A stretch of DNA of 64,000 nucleotides from Octopus vulgaris (GCA_951406725.2 OX597832.1:38316001-38380000), one strand, 5' to 3'. Shown: positions 40,856 through 55,670, numbered from the stretch's first letter. The notes: generated from the letters alone by a model not told the origin. A program made the numbers and translations.

Positions 40856-40926
<71 letters not shown>

Positions 40927-41233
40927 GTAATTCAATTTGTAAACTATTTGATTTTTCCTTAATATTCTTCGTTCTTTTCCGCATCCAACTACATATTCCT
41001 GCCGTTTGCAAAGTCTCAGTTTCTTGTTGCTGTTATATCTATTCTTGCTACAGTTTCTTTCCTCGTTCTTCTTATTCTTATCGTTGTTGACTTTGTTATT
41101 GAAGTAGCATCAATAGCAGAAGCCTTTTTACATATTATTATACATGTATATGATATTGTTAATACTTTGTACCGGTGCTCCTATTCTTATCATTTCAATC
41201 CTCTCTCTACTCGCTATTTCAGTAATGCAGTAA

Positions 41234-41280
<47 letters not shown>

Positions 41281-41940
41281 TAATATGTGGGTTGATGTTG
41301 TTGTTGTTGTTGTTGTTGTTATTATCTATTATTTCCTCGTTCTTCCCCCGCAACACAGTCTATTTATTTTTTAAGTGATTGGTATTTAGATTTTTTTTAA
41401 TTAAATCTCCCTATTAATTAAAGTCTTTCAATCTTCTTGTAACTAATAAGTAAACATTATTTCCTGTTTATTTTCAAAGCAAAATACTTTCGTTGCTATT
41501 GCTGCTGCTGCTGCTGCTGCTACAGTTGTTGTGGTTGTTGTTGTTGGTGGTGGTGGTGGTGAAGGTGGTGATGGTTGTGGTGGTGGTGCTGTTGTTATTG
41601 TTGTTGTATATTAAAATGAAAAAGCATTAAACAACTATTGTATTTTGATTACATCACACGTACACAAACACACACACACAATCACAACCATAGACGCATA
41701 TGTATGCACGCATATACAGACAGGCAGAAACAGATGCATACACACGCATGCATAAACATACAGATACATATATACATATATTAGTATATATACGTACATG
41801 AAGACATACACACATGCATACATAGATACATTCACACATAACATACACACACATACAAACGCAAACACATGCGTAAATGGACACACATACATACATACAT
41901 ACATACATACAAGTACATACACATACATTCATGTATAAAT

Positions 41941-41973
<33 letters not shown>

Positions 41974-42628
41974 CATACATGCATCCATAAATGCACATAT
42001 ATATATACACACATGTACATACATACATGCATACATACATACATGCATACATACATGCATACATACATACATACATACATACACATGTGCCTGGATTGAC
42101 ACATACATACATGCATGCATGCATATATACACATATATATATACGTACATACAAGGAGTCACATAGACAAAACAAGGAAAAATAATGGAAGAATTTGTCG
42201 TCTCAGATATTTCTTGATAACATCGACATATCGTGACTTGGGGAAAGTTGATGCGTGAGGTTTGAAGACTTATTGGTTGTGGAAACAAAATTGTCAGGTA
42301 TTTGCATTCGTCAATCAGTAAATATAATACGAAGAGGAGTGGGGGGTGGGGGTTGTGGAGTGGTTTCATTTTGCTGGTGGTGTGGGTGGGTGGGAGGTGT
42401 TTGCACTTTGGCGAAGATGGCGGTGGTGACCGTGTGTATGGTAGAGATGGAGGAGTGAGACAGAAACAGAGGAATGATTGTAAAATAACAAAACAAACAG
42501 AAGATAAGAAAAAAACAATATCATAGAAATAATGAAGTAATATAAACATAAAAAAATAATAATAAATATAAACCAAGGAAGATTTAATTTAAAACAACAG
42601 AAATGATGATGGAATTAACAAAGATTAC

Positions 42629-42666
<38 letters not shown>

Positions 42667-42905
42667 GTATATCAATACTTGTGCTCACAAGTGTGCGCGT
42701 ACACAGGCGCGTGTTCACGCATGTATACAATGGTAGATGTAAACATAAATACATAAAAGCGCACATGCACACATACACTTGAGCACACGCATTGAAATTC
42801 GCAGAAGTAAAATAATTATACACGCATGAAATGAGTCAGTAAAATATATGTATACACAGAGCTAAAGATATGTGAACAAGACATACACTTGTATGTATGC
42901 TTCGG

Positions 42906-42956
<51 letters not shown>

Positions 42957-43006
42957 ATACATATACACACACACATGCATACATACACAAATATATGTAT
43001 GTATGC

Positions 43007-43051
<45 letters not shown>

Positions 43052-43470
43052 AATGTGTATATGTCTGTATGTATGTGTGTACGTATGTATATATATGTGT
43101 GTGTGTATGTATGAGTGTGTGCACATAAATTACATATACAAATACATACGCACGCACGCACACACAAACACACACACACGCACACTGGACACACACGTGT
43201 ATACATACAATGTACATAAATATATATATTCACACACAAACATACGTAGGTACGCTTATATGTTTTCGCTAAACGCCAGGCCCTGGAGTTGCTCCGTTAA
43301 TCAATGTATGAGACACCATGTATTGAGTTTTACTTCAATCGTTTGTCGAAGCATAATTACACACACACACATACGTACGAACGCAAACACACACACTCAT
43401 ATACACTCATTCTCTCTCTCACACGCTTAAATACAGGCATTAATACACATACATACATGTATATATACAT

Positions 43471-43536
<66 letters not shown>

Positions 43537-45136
43537 ATGCATAAATCGTATATGTGCCTGTAAATGCTTACATAAATACGTGTGTGTGTGTGTGCACGCA
43601 GGTAGACACAGAAGCGCGGGCGCGCGCGCACACACACACACATATATATAAGCACAAAAACACATATTTATTTTCTGGTATACACATTCACACACTCACA
43701 CACACACACACACACACAAACACCACACACATACAAAGACACACTCACACACACTCACATTCTCGCACCTTCTACAATCTCTGCCACACCAAACCGCCGC
43801 CGCCACCGCCGTCGCCGCCACCGCGCCTATTCCTGTCATCTTTCCCGCCGCCTCTTCACAACACGGACAAATCAGTGATCCATTGTGACTGAGCTTTTGT
43901 TTTACCATTTTCGAAATTTGGGAAAGAACTGAGGAGAAAGAGGGGAGAGGGAGTGGAGAGAAAAGTAGGGGAGAAAGAATTTGTGTGAAGGGGGTGGGGT
44001 GAAATGTAGCCACTGTATATTCATGATCTTCATCATCATCCACATCATCACCATCATCGTTATCATCACCATCGCCATCATCATCATTTTTGTATAACAA
44101 TCACTCTCCCCTCCGCGCCCAGCATCATCACAATTATCGCCATCACAAATCGAACTCCGTAACCGCCATGCACCCACCAACACCATCACCACCACCAATA
44201 CCCCGTCCTCCTTCACCTCCACCTCATCTTCCTCCTCCTTATCTTTCTCACCTTCCTCCTCACCTTCCTCTTCATCCTCCTCCTCATCATCATCCTCATC
44301 TTCCTCATCTTCCTCTTCTCCCTCCTCTACTTCTTTTTCCTCCTCCTCCTCCTCATCATCATCATTCTCATCCTCATCCTCATGGTCTTAATCGATTCTT
44401 CGATGATTACAATGTTATTGTCTTCGCGGGGGCGGTGGCGTTGTCAACGGAAACGAAGTTACTGTTGTTGTTGTTGTTGTTGTTGTTGTGGTGGTGGTGG
44501 TGGTGGCAGTAGGGGTGGAGAAGGTGGTCGTGGTTGTCGTATGACGACAAGTCATGATGATGATGAGGGGGGAGGAGGTGGAGTATGCCGATGATTATCG
44601 CAATAGTCGCAGAGGAATGGCGAGGATAAAAAGAGGAATAAGTACGATGAGGAAGCAGAAGGGGGGGAGAAGATGAACGGGAGGAGGAAGAGTAGGAGGG
44701 GAAGCTGAAGTAAAAATAAACTCCTCATCAGGCGAATTGTTTATTATGAAGTTTTGCACAAAGTTTCTCACTGTGTACAACTAAAGTATGTCGTTGTGTT
44801 GAGTAATTAAGACACCGCGGGAAGAAACAATGAGCATGCATACAGGCATACATGCATACATGCACATACATAAATACATGCATACAAATATACATACATA
44901 CATACATACATACATACATACATACATACATACATACATACATGCACATGCATACATACATACATGCATATATATAAATATATATAAGTACATGCATACA
45001 TACCTGTAATCGTGCATCGTGCATATATACATCCAGGCGCAGATACATGTATTCATACATATATACACACATATATGCCTTCTTTATACATACATACATA
45101 CATATATCTACATATATACATACAAACATTCATGCA

Positions 45137-45189
<53 letters not shown>

Positions 45190-45374
45190 GAGAGTTTACG
45201 CAAAAAAATAAAATACGAATACAGGTGATGTATAAAACAAACAGATGTATTAGTATAACGATGTATTAGTACATATGTATGTATATATATGTATATATAT
45301 ATATATATATACATGCACACACGTATATATACAGGCATGATTGCATAGTTTTATAGATATAAATACAGAAACTT

Positions 45375-45611
45375 ATTTTTATTTGTTTATTGCCCACAAG
45401 GGGCTAAACATAGAGGGGACAAACAAGGACAGACAAAGGTATTAAGTCGATTATATAGACCCCAGTGCGTAACTGGTACTTAATTTATCGACCCCGAAAG
45501 GATGAAACGCAAAGTCGACCTCGGCGGAATTTGAACTCACAACGTAACGGCAGACGAAACACCGCTAAGCATTTCGCCTGGTGCGCTAACAATTCTGCCA
45601 GCTCACCGCCC
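45375..45611 (-). mobile_element. Full-length SINE-A
   Basis: Close match to 25712-25946. Confidence 0.92.
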
Positions 45612-45849
45612 TTTTATTGATGCAAACATACGCACGCACACACACACACAAACACACACACACACACACACACATACATACATACATACATACATACATA
45701 CATACATACATACATACATACATACATACCTATATGCATACATACATACATACATACATACATACATACATACATACATACATACATACATACATACATA
45801 CATACATACATACATTCATGCATGCATACATACATATATACATACATAC

Positions 45850-46215
45850 ATTGCAAAAGCTGTGCTGTTCCTTTGGATTTAGTTGTGACATGAAGAGGGG
45901 AAACACGCCGCATGGGCAACAACCGACCCAGGCTTGGATCTGATCGAGCGCCCTGCAATGGAGAGATAGAATAGGTTTCACACTTAACAATGGAATGATC
46001 TCGCGCCCAACGGCTACATATGGAGAAGAAGCCTGCGTAAGCTGGAATCACAAAAAAAGGAAGGCTGACATATGCAATGAAAGAAAGATAGATTCGCAGA
46101 ATTAAAGAGTACAACTCAAACAGCACCAGGACAGACAGCCAAGTGTGTCTTGTGTGGCAGAGATATTCTCCCGGATTGGACCTTCCGCATAACAGACAGA
46201 AAAACATCCGCTGAC
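45850..46215 (+). mobile_element. RTE-like LINE 3' fragment
   Basis: C-terminal zinc-finger-like C.LCGRDI.SRIGPSAHNR (cf. CxxCGRxxxSRIGLxSH), frameshifted. Confidence 0.5.
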
Positions 46216-47539
46216 AACAATTGTCAATCACCTTCGTCCACGTTGTTGTTATGTTCGCAGATGACCTCCCCTTCGTGGATGTGCTCTCTCGTTGTCTTGC
46301 TCTCGTTCCTAGTATCCAACAAAGACGACAACTACGATCGCGAAGACATTGAAGAGTTGCCGCACAGGCTCCGTGGTTTGCGCTCCCATGTTTTGAAAGA
46401 GAGAACACAGACACGAGGTAATTTCTGCCCAGTGCTCCGAATGTCAAAATGAAGAAATTCAACCAAGTGCGAGTGGACAACAATCACCCTTGTCGATGGT
46501 CACCGATGACAGACGGAGTCCATTGAAATTTTATGTAAATTTATTGGCCATCACTGTGACGCACCGTTGTCAAGATTCTATTGTCACCAATTCAGTGCAA
46601 ATATCTGACAGGTGGATTTGTTAACATTCCATTCCTCTTTCTTGGAGAATATTTCATTTAAATAATTTTTAAAATGCCTCATACATGAAACAATTATTGT
46701 GGCTAGCAGACTTATGCTCATCCATATCTATAGCCTGCAACACTCGGTCCCCCATCATTTATATGGCCGCATTGGTAGTAAGGGCAATTTTTAACAATAT
46801 ATTTAAATATAGGCAAGAAAAAAATGCGACATATGCGACGGCAAATACAGTATGTGTGTATGTATATACATGGATGTGTGTGTATACAAGTATACATGTA
46901 TATGTGGGAGTGTGTGTGACATAAATATACAAGAATATAAAAATATATACATATGCCTACATATGAAAGTATGTGTGTATGTGTGTGTATGTGTGTGTGT
47001 GTTTATGAGTGAGTGCATGTATATACACGGTTAACTGTTTGTGTATTTAGTTTCTTCTTAAATCAGAAGACATAAAATCGAAATAAAATCGAAATAATTG
47101 TGCAACCTGAGACGCATTACACCGTTGTGGTACTGTTTTAACCAGCGAGAAGAACGAAAAGCAAATTTAGATTATGTGGCGAACAAAGTGACATTTAAAT
47201 CTTAGCTCTGTACCTTAGAATATATTTTCAATATAATAGAAAGTTTAATGTTGAAAATGAAATCGGGAAAGAATACGAGAAAGTATTCTTTTGGTCAAAA
47301 GTTCGAATGGAATCTAAACGAAGTAAAGTTGTTGTAAAGACAGGATTGTGAGTTTGACAACAAATTACATAAGCAATAATAAAAATACAGAATAAAACAA
47401 TTAAGTGCAGTAGAAGAATTAATTCACTTCTAAGTAATGATTTCAAATTTTGACACAGGACGATTTATTTTGCAAACGAATGTCAGAGGTGAGGATCAAA
47501 GAGGGGCGGCAAATGTCAAGCGCCCAATTTCCCTTTATT

Positions 47540-47855
47540 AGTTTCAAATTTTGGCACGTGGCGAGAACAATTTCAAATTTTGGCACAAGGCCAGCAATTT
47601 CATGGGGAGGCGGTAAATCGATTACATCGGCCTCAGTGCTCACCTTGTACTTATATTATCGAACCCGAAAGGACGAAAGGCAAAGTGGACCTCGGTGAAA
47701 TTTGAACTCAGAACGTAGAGACGGACGAAATGCTGCTAAGCATTTTTCCCGACGTGCAAACGATTCTGCCAGCTCGCCGCCTTAATTCAATTCTAAATAA
47801 TCCTTTCTACTGTAGGCACAAGACCTGAAATTTGAGTTGATTACATCGACCCTAG
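47540..47855 (-). mobile_element. SINE-A (47570-47783) with duplicated tail, plus a second tail fragment
   Basis: tttcaaattttggcac occurs twice; core and head intact. Confidence 0.85.
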
Positions 47856-48048
47856 TGACTGGATCTTTTCGGGATGCCAAACGTCTGTGCCTCCCCTGCC
47901 AGATCTCCGAGGACATGCGCCAACCTCGTAGCTAACACCTTGGTCAAAGATTTGAACTCTGCAGTCAGCAGAGTTATGGGCCTAAAGTTGTCAATACAAT
48001 CCCGCTTATTCAGATTTTTTCTCAGCAACGCCACCGCTCCTCGCCAAA
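47856..48048 (-). mobile_element. L1/Tx1-clade RT N-terminal fragment
   Basis: VALLRK..DNFRPITLLTAEFKSLTKVLATRL..EAQTFGIPKRS matches non-LTR RT domains 1-2. Confidence 0.85.
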
Positions 48049-48067
48049 CAAAACTAATAATAATAGC

Positions 48068-48128
<61 letters not shown>

Positions 48129-48341
48129 TTGTCGTTGCTGTTGTTAATGATATTCGTGTTCTTACTTTTGTTATGGGAATAAGAAGTCAATAAACACACA
48201 TATACGCGCGCACACGTACACACACACACACACACACACACACATAAACAAGGTACAACAAGAAACAAAATATGTTATCACATTCAAATAAAAGGTATGA
48301 CAATAAACAGGCATATTTTTGTAAACATTGTTCCCAGTATG

Positions 48342-48375
<34 letters not shown>

Positions 48376-48515
48376 TGTATGTATGTATGTATGTATGTAT
48401 GTATGTATGTACGTATGTATGAATGTATGTATGTATGTATGTATGTATGTATGTATGTATGTATGTATGTATGTATGTATGTATGTATGTATGTATGTAT
48501 GTATGTATGTACGTA

Positions 48516-48575
<60 letters not shown>

Positions 48576-49297
48576 TTTACTCTTCCGTTAAGGTAAGATC
48601 AACAAAAAAGTACTCCATCCAATGAGAGATAAATATCATTTAACGTACACAAATGATATACATATATATATATATATATATGTATGTATATATATATATG
48701 CCTATATATATACCTATATATATATATATATATATACCTATATATACCTATACCTATTGAATATTGTGTAGCGATATATTTGTGAAGTTGACAAGTGTGA
48801 CATGTCCCACTTGTTGTCTGCTTATCGCTTTCATAGCTCTGGACACCCAGGTATTCTGTCTAGAAAATTTCAAGATAGCAGATTCACAAAAATCTGAACA
48901 ACCCACGTGTGACCCGCACACAACAGGAATTGAGACCTAAAGGTTATCTTCAGTTTCTGTATTACAAATAAATAGGGGTGGGTGTGGGTGGGATGATGGG
49001 GGGGAAAGCTCGTTTGTCTCAGCGCTAGAAACTCTTGTGAAAACTGTCAACGACATCTTTATTTTCTTGCTGTTTGTCGTTTGTCGTCGCCGTCGTCGTG
49101 ATTAGCGGTTGTGGTGATGGTGATGGTGATGGTGATGGTGATGGTGATGGTGATGGTGATGGTGCTAAAGCCCCAAACTTTGCCCAGATTCAAAATGCCT
49201 TGTATTTATTAAATTCAACCTTGCAAGAGTTGAAGTCGATACTTTAATTTTCTTGCTTTAAACATCGCAAATCTTTTTGTCTGTCACTCTATCGATA

Positions 49298-49720
49298 TTC
49301 TTTTATTCTCTTATTCTTTAACTTGTTTCAGTCATTTGACTGTGGCCATGCTGGAGCACCGCCTCTAGTCGAGCAAATCGATGCCGGGACTTATTCTTTG
49401 TAAGCTTAGTACTTATCATATCGGTAACTTTTGCCGAACCGCTAGATTACGGGGATGTAAACACACCAGCATCGGTTGTCAAGCGATGTTGGGGGGACAA
49501 ACGCAGACACACAAACATATACATACGCACAAACATATATACATATAGATATACACGACAGGCTTCTTTCAGTTTCCGTCTACCAAATCCACTCAGATGG
49601 CTTTGGTCGGCCCGGGGCTATAGTAGAAGACACTTGCCCAAGGTGCCTCGCAGTGGGACTGAACCCGAAACCAAGTGGTTCGTAAGCAAGCTACTTACCA
49701 CACAGCCACTCCCACGCCTA
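49298..49720 (-). mobile_element. Full-length SINE-B
   Basis: Reverse complement of 59761-60211, with tail. Confidence 0.92.
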
Positions 49721-50052
49721 TTGTCCAATAAATATGTCCCTTGCATTTTTGCTTCTACCAGAAATTTCCTATTGCGTGCTTAGCTTAATTAATTCTACCA
49801 CCACATTCCATCATTTCATCTGTCAACCTAACGATTCTACCGACTAACAGCTTAGGCATTTCTGCTTCACTTTTGCATTTACTAATTTTACTAATTCTCC
49901 TACTACACCTCATAATTTTGTCTGTTGCTGTATTGATTCTACTAATCCGCTGCTCCAGTTATTCTGTCACTCTTCTCAGCCTACAAATACATCGGCATTT
50001 GACAAAAACGATCTAATATATAAAAGTTTTTAAATAATTTATAACACATGTT

Positions 50053-50220
50053 GTAGGTGCAGGCGAAGTTGTGTGGTAAAATGTTTACTTCCCAAAACAT
50101 GGTACCGGGTTCTGGCCCACTGGGTGGAACCTTGTACAAGTGTCTTGTACTAAAACCTCGGGCCGACCAAATCCTTGTGAGTGGATTTGGTAGACGGAAA
50201 ATGAAAGAAACCCGGCGTAT
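50053..50220 (+). mobile_element. SINE-B 5' half
   Basis: taggtgcaggcg..gtgtggtaa..gggccgaccaaatccttgtgagtggatttggtagacggaaa. Confidence 0.85.
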
Positions 50221-50240
50221 ATACATGCATACATACATAC

Positions 50241-50307
<67 letters not shown>

Positions 50308-50312
<5 letters not shown>

Positions 50313-50762
50313 CTTCGGCGGGATTTGAACTCAGAACGTTAAGTAGGACAAAATGTCGCTAAGCATTTTGTCCTGGTGTGCTACCGATTCTGCCAGCTCA
50401 CTACCTTAGATTCCTTTAAATATTGTTTTTAAATATTGGCACAGGGCCAGAAATTTCGATGGAGCGAATAAGTCGATTGCATTGACCCCAGTGCTCAACT
50501 GGTACTCATTTTATCGATCATAAAGTATGAAATGTAAAATCGACCTCAACGGAATTTGAACTCAGAACGTGAAGTAAGCATTTCGCTTAGCGTGCTAACC
50601 ATTCTGCTAGCGCTCCGCCTTAAATGGCTTTAAATATTACTTTATCAAGGTAGGAAGCTGGTGGAGTTGTTAACACGTTGGATAAAACTATCTAGCAGGT
50701 TTTCTTTCGGTTTTACGATTTGGGTTTAGATGCCACCGGAGTCGCTTTTGCCTTTCATTTGA
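50308..50762. mobile_element. Three SINE-A pieces (50308-50408 -, 50430-50620 -, 50650-50762 +)
   Basis: Recurring tttgaactcagaacg and ttttgcctttcat motifs. Confidence 0.75.
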
Positions 50763-51440
50763 AACCAATTTTTCATGTTTCATTGCACTAAGAAACATTT
50801 TCTCCTGAATATGCACTACTACAAGTGGTATGCATCTAAGATGCCCAGGCGCTGTTATACCATCAAATAGAGTACATTTAATATACACATGACAATTTAA
50901 CTCTAATATTCCCTTACACCGATTGGCCTTGTACTCTCTGATTCACAAATTAATTCTTGCCTATGGTTATATTAACAATGCTTTATCTGAATACATATAT
51001 ACATACATACATATGTTTGTGTGTGTGAGTGTGTGTGTCTGTGTGCATGGATACATAGATGGGTGTGTCTGTGTATTTATGCATATATTGTTAAGACATA
51101 AAGAAACAAATGTTTCATCGGATACTGGCAAATTTGTTACTAATGCTTAATCTCAATAGAATTATCAAAGCAGACAAATAAACTAATCTATGGAGACATT
51201 TCATTTAAATTAATAACGTATTTAAACAACAATATTAGTAACTGAGAATAAGAGAAAAAAATGTATTCATAATTATTGCTTACGTTTTTATAAAAGTGTA
51301 TATTTGAGAAGAAAATAAAACCATACACAATATAAAAACAGAATACATATATACACGCATACACACATACATACATACATACATATATATATATATATGT
51401 ATGTATGTATATATATATGTATATATATGCGTATATATAT

Positions 51441-51475
<35 letters not shown>

Positions 51476-51512
51476 TGTATATATAGGTATATATATATAT
51501 ATATAGGTATAT

Positions 51513-51566
<54 letters not shown>

Positions 51567-51605
51567 CATATATGCTTATTTATGTATATTTATACATTCA
51601 CACAC

Positions 51606-51649
<44 letters not shown>

Positions 51650-52894
51650 TCACACACACACGCACGCACACACACACACACACACATACACGTATATATA
51701 TATAAGGAAATGTAATGGCTTTCCGAGTGCATTTGCTTACATGCCCGTCTTACCACATAATGTGGCTTTAATTTGTGAAAGCCTACACTGTGTTTGAGGA
51801 AGACGCCTAAACAATTCCTCTAGCAGATGCTGATTATTAAGCAATCAAACAATATATAATATCACTTAAGAAAACAGCCGAGAATAGAACGAGAGAACAA
51901 AACGGTACAAAGCGCGTCGTTGTGTGTGTGTGTGTATGTGTGTGTAATATAATTATATTTATCCGATATTGAATAAACATTCAACCGGAAACAAATGATG
52001 ACTTCATTTGTTAAACAATAACAGATCTTTAAGTAATTCTATAAATCTTTCTCTCTCTCTCTCTCTGTCTGTCTCTCTCTCTCTCTAACACACATGCGCG
52101 CGCGCTTAACACATTACAATTTCAATGTTTCATACGTACGAAAAAGTGATGGAGTGCAAGCTAAGGAATCTGCTTCTACGTGGTCATTCCACCTGCGAGA
52201 AATAGCAACCAAATATTTCTCTTATATCATCACATGCCAATGTCTGAAAAAAGAGACTTCACGTAATCCGTAATGTAGTCCGTCATATATAATGTCTAAA
52301 AATAAAAGGTGGAAAATTGTCTCCGTGGCAACATCTTTATCCCTAGGTCTACTGGAAAAGGATTAACCTTCCGAAAAACAACAACAATAACATCACCGAT
52401 AATAGCTTATAAGCACTCACGCATTTAAGCTGGAAGAGTTTTGTGTTAAAAGGAAAAGAAAAAAAGCAGCATAACAATAATATAACAATTAAAATAATAA
52501 CAATGATGACTTTTAAAAAAATCAAATCTGGGCAGAATGTAAAGTATACGGTGTGTATTGAGTTCGTTTAGTGTACAGAGTGTAAAACGTGTACGCAGCG
52601 TACGTTATATACATGTCGTATATTCGGTGTATGACGACGCCATTACGTCCCAAGGTGGATCTCTGTCTTGGCTCCGAAGACGTGTATGGGATGGTCTGTT
52701 TCGGTTCTGTAACGCATTTGTGTGATTATGTGTGTGTGTGGGGTGGGCGTGTATGTTTGTGTGTGTATGTGTGTGCTGTGCGTGCTTGTGTGTGTGCGTA
52801 TGTGCGTGCGTGTTGTGTTTTTGTGTGTGTGTGTGTGTGCATGTGTGCGTGCGTGTATGTGTGCGTGCGTGCATGTTGTGTGTGTGTGTGTGTG

Positions 52895-52944
<50 letters not shown>

Positions 52945-53039
52945 TGAATTTGGTGTGTGCAAGTATATTTGCTGATGTGCGATTATGTTCGTATATCTGT
53001 GAATGTATATGTGTATGAAGCATTAATATTTATTATGAG

Positions 53040-53215
53040 TCAAAATGTTCAGCGACATTTTGTCCGTCTCTACGTTCTGAGTTCAAATTCCGCCGCGGTC
53101 GACTTCATATTTCATCCTTTCGTGGTCGATAAGTACCAATTACATCGACCAACTGTGGTCGATGTAATCCACTTATCCCCTCACCCTAAATACTGGCCTT
53201 GTGCTAAAATTTAAA
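53040..53215 (+). mobile_element. SINE-A copy
   Basis: tacgttctgagttcaaattccgccgcggtcgac..ggccttgtgctaaaattt. Confidence 0.85.
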
Positions 53216-53469
53216 ATCAATATTTATTATGTATACCTTAGAAATTTGTTTAGAACAGTGAGAAAAAAAAAAACAACTATTGCACCGACCTGTATTCTTT
53301 ACATTTAGACTCATTTTTATGTGTTCTCTGTTCAAATTCCTCCCTGTACAAATTATACTTTAATTCAGCTGGAACGGATACTATTCTTTAACATCGGGAC
53401 CTCATGACATGTAACCAATTTATGAGCTATTTAGTCGCGCCTATTCCGTCAATCACACCTTTCCCCCTT

Positions 53470-53725
53470 TCATGAAATTTATTAATGATCATTGCCATGC
53501 TCTCAATTCTTACTTATATCTCCAGGTAGTTCTTGGTGAGGTTCATGAGAAGTTTGCCTGAAAGAAAAGCTGTCTTCAGTCCCACCACGTAGCTTGCTTC
53601 ACTTGAGTCACCGAGCAGGAGAAAACTACTGTGTCTAGCTTGCAAAGAGGCGGATCGATCATAACGATAGTCTTCTGACAGACGAATCCATTTGCGCGTG
53701 AAACACCTGTTCGACATCATCCAGC
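53470..53725 (-). mobile_element. Degraded L1/Tx1 3' fragment related to 36980-37900
   Basis: VEQV..IRLSED..VVFSCSVTQVKQATWW..GLKTAFLSGKLL..*VRIE is collinear with the 37-kb copy. Confidence 0.6.
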
Positions 53726-53970
53726 AAAGCATCCGTTCACGAACAAAAACGTAAGTTAAGGGTCAGCATTCATGGTCGTCCGAGCTTTACATCATCCTAT
53801 GTTCCGTGACATTTGACCATATATATTATTTTATAAGTCGCCAGTTCAATAAAGCATCAGTTCACGAACACAGACGTGAAGCTAAGGGTTAGCCTTCTTA
53901 GTCACCCAGTTTTTACGTCTTCTAGGTTCTGTGACATTTAACTATAGACTGGTTTATGAATCACCAGTTC
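53726..53970 (+). repeat. Degenerate 125-bp tandem duplication
   Basis: aaagcatc.gttcacgaac..taagggt.agc..gtgacattt..ccagttc starting at 53726 and 53851. Confidence 0.85.
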
Positions 53971-54129
53971 GGACTGTTTTGCCCCAGTCCTCAGTTTTGA
54001 AAATCAGATATATGGTTCCATATTCTCCACAACAGTCGATGCAGGAGATATCGTCCCACACATAGGACAGGTTTACCTCCTTTATTGCTTTAAGTATATA
54101 GATGCAGTTTTAGAGATCTTAAAGTATGT

Positions 54130-54595
54130 GATTTTTAGGGTGCTGCTGCCAAGAATGATTGAGGACTGCATAAAGCATTCACCTGTATGAACCATCAATC
54201 TTCTTTTGAAGATTTTTTTCATTGTCCATGTTGAAAAGCCATAGGGAAGCACTTATTCAATGGTAGCTTTAAAGAAACCACACAACATGTTTTTCAGAAA
54301 GGGAGATTTGCAATTTAGTTCTAAGTCTGTCTAGGGCATTCCATGTTTTCACAATCCTTACCTGGACGTCATATCCTGTTAAAGCAAAGCCATTTTCCGG
54401 ATAGGTAAAGTATTCAACCATCTTCAAATTGGTTCCATTCAAACGCAGATATCCCCTATTACGTTACAGCCCATGTATACAGTCTTACTGACATTGGCAT
54501 ATTTGTGCAGCTGCAGTTTCGCGTGCATGTAACATTTTATTCGCTATTTCTATATCCTGTGCAAGAAAAGTGAAGTCATCGGCCCAGTCGACTGA
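54130..54595 (-). mobile_element. Degraded RTE-clade RT fragment
   Basis: DWADDFTFLA (cf. YADD)..NVSKTVYM..VEYFTY..VLPYGFSTWTM..KKIDGSYR*MLYAVLNHSWQQHP. Confidence 0.82.
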
Positions 54596-54630
54596 GCAAG
54601 TCACAAATTTGTTCTCTGTGTAGCCAACGA

Positions 54631-54743
54631 TTGTGATGCACATGCTTGGCGTACCTTTATCAGACGGGTAGTCATGATGGGTATACTGGGCTTCGTATAT
54701 TTTACCCCAGTGTCACTTTGATGGCATGCACTGCTCTCTCACT
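54631..54743 (+). mobile_element. 113-bp 3' fragment of the 560-bp TAA-associated element
   Basis: ttgtgatgca..tatcagacgggtagtcatgatgggtata..ccccagtgtcactttgatggcatgcactgctctctcact, followed by (AAT)n/(GAT)n. Confidence 0.88.
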
Positions 54744-54748
54744 GAATC

Positions 54749-54918
<170 letters not shown>

Positions 54919-54981
54919 AATAATAATAATAATAATAATGATGATGGTGATGATGATGATGATGATGATAATAATAATAAT

Positions 54982-55012
<31 letters not shown>

Positions 55013-55543
55013 GTGGTAGTAGACGTGCCCGCAGCATTTTTAAACATGTCTTGCTCTGCTATGAAAGCTGTTGGTATTGTTGCTGTTGCTGCTGTTGCTG
55101 CTGTCTTTGCCTGCGTGGTTAGACCATATCAACTAGTGGTCGGAAAACATTGTTATAGCGGTTATTCCAACAGCCAACGCTTTCCCCTATCTGCGAAGCC
55201 ATAATGATATTTTTTTTTTGTTTTAAACTATTAATTTTTGCAAATTTAAAATCTCAAAATTTGCCCTTTAACGGCAAACAGTAATGATAAAAAAAATAGG
55301 AGGAGGAGGAGGAAGAGGTGGAGGCGAAGGAGGTGGAGGTGGAGGAAGAAAGGACTGCGAGGAGGAAAAGATAACAACAAAACCAACAAGAACAATAATA
55401 ATAATAATAATGTGTTTTTACCCCTTCGACTATTACGTATCGAAAAAATATTGCAAGTCATCACAAATTAGTCACACACATACACACACACAAACACATG
55501 TATATGGACATAGAAACATACGTGCATTTATATGTGCGTATAT

Positions 55544-55670
<127 letters not shown>

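Noticed and set aside
44090-44594. Pro/His-rich ORF resembling a transcription-factor low-complexity region
   Set aside because: Degenerate CCT/CAT repeats with no domain and no convincing exon structure.
44700-44735. CTGATGA plus stem on the minus strand, and other CTGAnGA hits (13859, 24605, 36141, 36635, 39645)
   Set aside because: No GAAA, stem III and cleavage triplet in register.
45614-46483. Longest ORF (289 aa, minus strand)
   Set aside because: Antisense to an RTE-like remnant plus (TATG)n; no recognisable domain.
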